Assembly: GCA_009693235.1 (NCBI GenBank)
Contig: SHXR01000009.1
Span: 2,195 to 66,194 of the forward strand
DNA length: 64,000 bases
Source of the DNA: Betaproteobacteria bacterium
Lineage (GTDB): Bacteria > Pseudomonadota > Gammaproteobacteria > Burkholderiales > SG8-39
Direction: 5' to 3'
Position numbers and translations under genes: made by a program. Below, in pieces: positions 63,090-64,000 of the stretch; the first letter of the stretch is position 1, and every line of letters starts with the position of its first letter. Below the pieces are notes generated by a model. That model worked only from the letters and a program-made list of their open reading frames with translations, made no database searches and had not been told where the DNA came from.

Positions 63090-64000
63090 GGCAGGGGTAT
63101 TTCTTGGGAGCCGAACAGGTTGGAAAAGGAATCGGGGGTAAGGGGGTGGCCATCGACTTCGGCGCGTAGCACGTCGAGCAGACCGCCATCGTTGCAGCGG
63201 AGGGCGATCCGGTGGTCACGCACAAAAAGGATCGGGGCGCCGGTGGTCGTTGAGCGCTCGTCTTGCCACCACGTCTGCAAAATGGCCAGGCGGCGGCCGT
63301 GCAGCTCAGCGAAGGCGCCGGGGTAGGGCGGTGCAACGGCGCGAACGAGGTTGTGCACTGTCCAGGCGTCTTTGGACCAATCGATACGGCCGTCTGCCGG
63401 CTTTCGCCCACCAAAATAGCTGCCTGACTGGAGATCCGGGGTAAGCGGGCGAACCGTGCCGTCTACGATCGATGCGAGCGCACGGGACAGCACGATTTCG
63501 GCTGCAACTGTGACCTTGCCGAATACTTCATGCGCCGTGTCATTGGGCAGGATCGGCACCGCGAGCTGATCCACGAGCCGGCCGGCATCCGGTTTTGCGA
63601 CCATCTCGTGCAGCGTCGCACCGGTCGCTGCTTCGCCATGCACGATCGCCCAATTGACCGGGACGCGGCCGCGGTATTTTGGCAATAACGAGCCGTGCAT
63701 ATTGAGTGCGCCACGGGTTGGGATCGCAAGGAGATCGGCGCCCAGCATATGGCGGTAATAGAATGAAAAGAAAAATTCCGGGCGCAGTGCGCGTAGACGT
63801 TGGAAGACCGTCGCGACATTCGGATCGGCAGGTGCGATCGTCGCGATGCCGTGGCGTTTGGCGAGTGTGGCGACGCTGTCAAACCAAATGGTTTCGTTTG
63901 GCGAATCCTCATGCGTCACAACGAGCGGTACCTCGACGCCCTGGGCAAGCAGCACCGACAAGCAACGAACGCCGACATTGTGATACGCGAATACGACGGC
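63086..64000 (-). CDS. arnA: UDP-Ara4N formyltransferase (ArnA N-terminal domain as a separate gene), 5' end outside the window
   Basis: Contains ...AVVFAYHNVGVRCLSVLLAQG...SLLPKYRGRVPVNWAI, the formyltransferase motif. The frame is still open at 64000. Confidence 0.85.
   Translation of the reverse strand, partial: AVVFAYHNVGVRCLSVLLAQGVEVPLVVTHEDSPNETIWFDSVATLAKRHGIATIAPADPNVATVFQRLRALRPEFFFSFYYRHMLGADLLAIPTRGALNMHGSLLPKYRGRVPVNWAIVHGEAATGATLHEMVAKPDAGRLVDQLAVPILPNDTAHEVFGKVTVAAEIVLSRALASIVDGTVRPLTPDLQSGSYFGGRKPADGRIDWSKDAWTVHNLVRAVAPPYPGAFAELHGRRLAILQTWWQDERSTTTGAPILFVRDHRIALRCNDGGLLDVLRAEVDGHPLTPDSFSNLFGSQEIPLP

Overview
This is 64 kb of high-GC proteobacterial chromosome. I infer a Burkholderiales-type betaproteobacterium from the gene content: five intact Bug/TctC-type periplasmic receptors plus one remnant, ArnA split into separate formyltransferase and decarboxylase genes, and a DUF3563-like small protein.

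Positions 1-46.9 kb are a mosaic of accessory catabolic modules:
- a cyclic amidohydrolase plus a hyuA-hyuB pair
- a second hyuA-hyuB pair embedded with DUF1989, a serine hydrolase, an SDR and a gentisate-dioxygenase-like bicupin
- two short MetE-like Zn-alkyltransferase paralogs
- a class II aldolase, a TPP enzyme, a D-aminoacylase-family amidohydrolase, a crotonase, an LLM oxidoreductase and a thiolase
- an orphan CoxM-CoxS pair abutting dinB, and ada

Positions 47-64 kb are mostly housekeeping and envelope genes: an MrfA/MrfB-like helicase-exonuclease pair, lon, dnaB, a CDGSH protein, a beta-propeller/deacetylase/fatty-acid-hydroxylase operon, LysR, PIN-PhoH, bcp, and the 3' part of an arn (L-Ara4N) operon that runs off the window.

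One structurally complete IS66 element with a dead transposase gene (1531-3971) sits in a deletion scar. I found no rRNA, tRNA or CRISPR.

The most interesting hidden signal is an AhpD/CMD-family gene (15017-15634, minus). It is split by one in-frame TGA at a C-x-x-TGA position, followed by a sense-strand hairpin. This makes it a candidate selenoprotein that ORF callers would report as two fragments.

Other points of interest:
- a Cfa-like methyltransferase plus FAD-oxidoreductase pair resembling the two-step 10-methyl fatty-acid pathway, with the methyltransferase frameshifted
- a G-quadruplex-type heptamer repeat
- several perfect tandem duplications and repeated hairpin elements in intergenic DNA

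All functional calls come from motif recognition by eye, with no database search.
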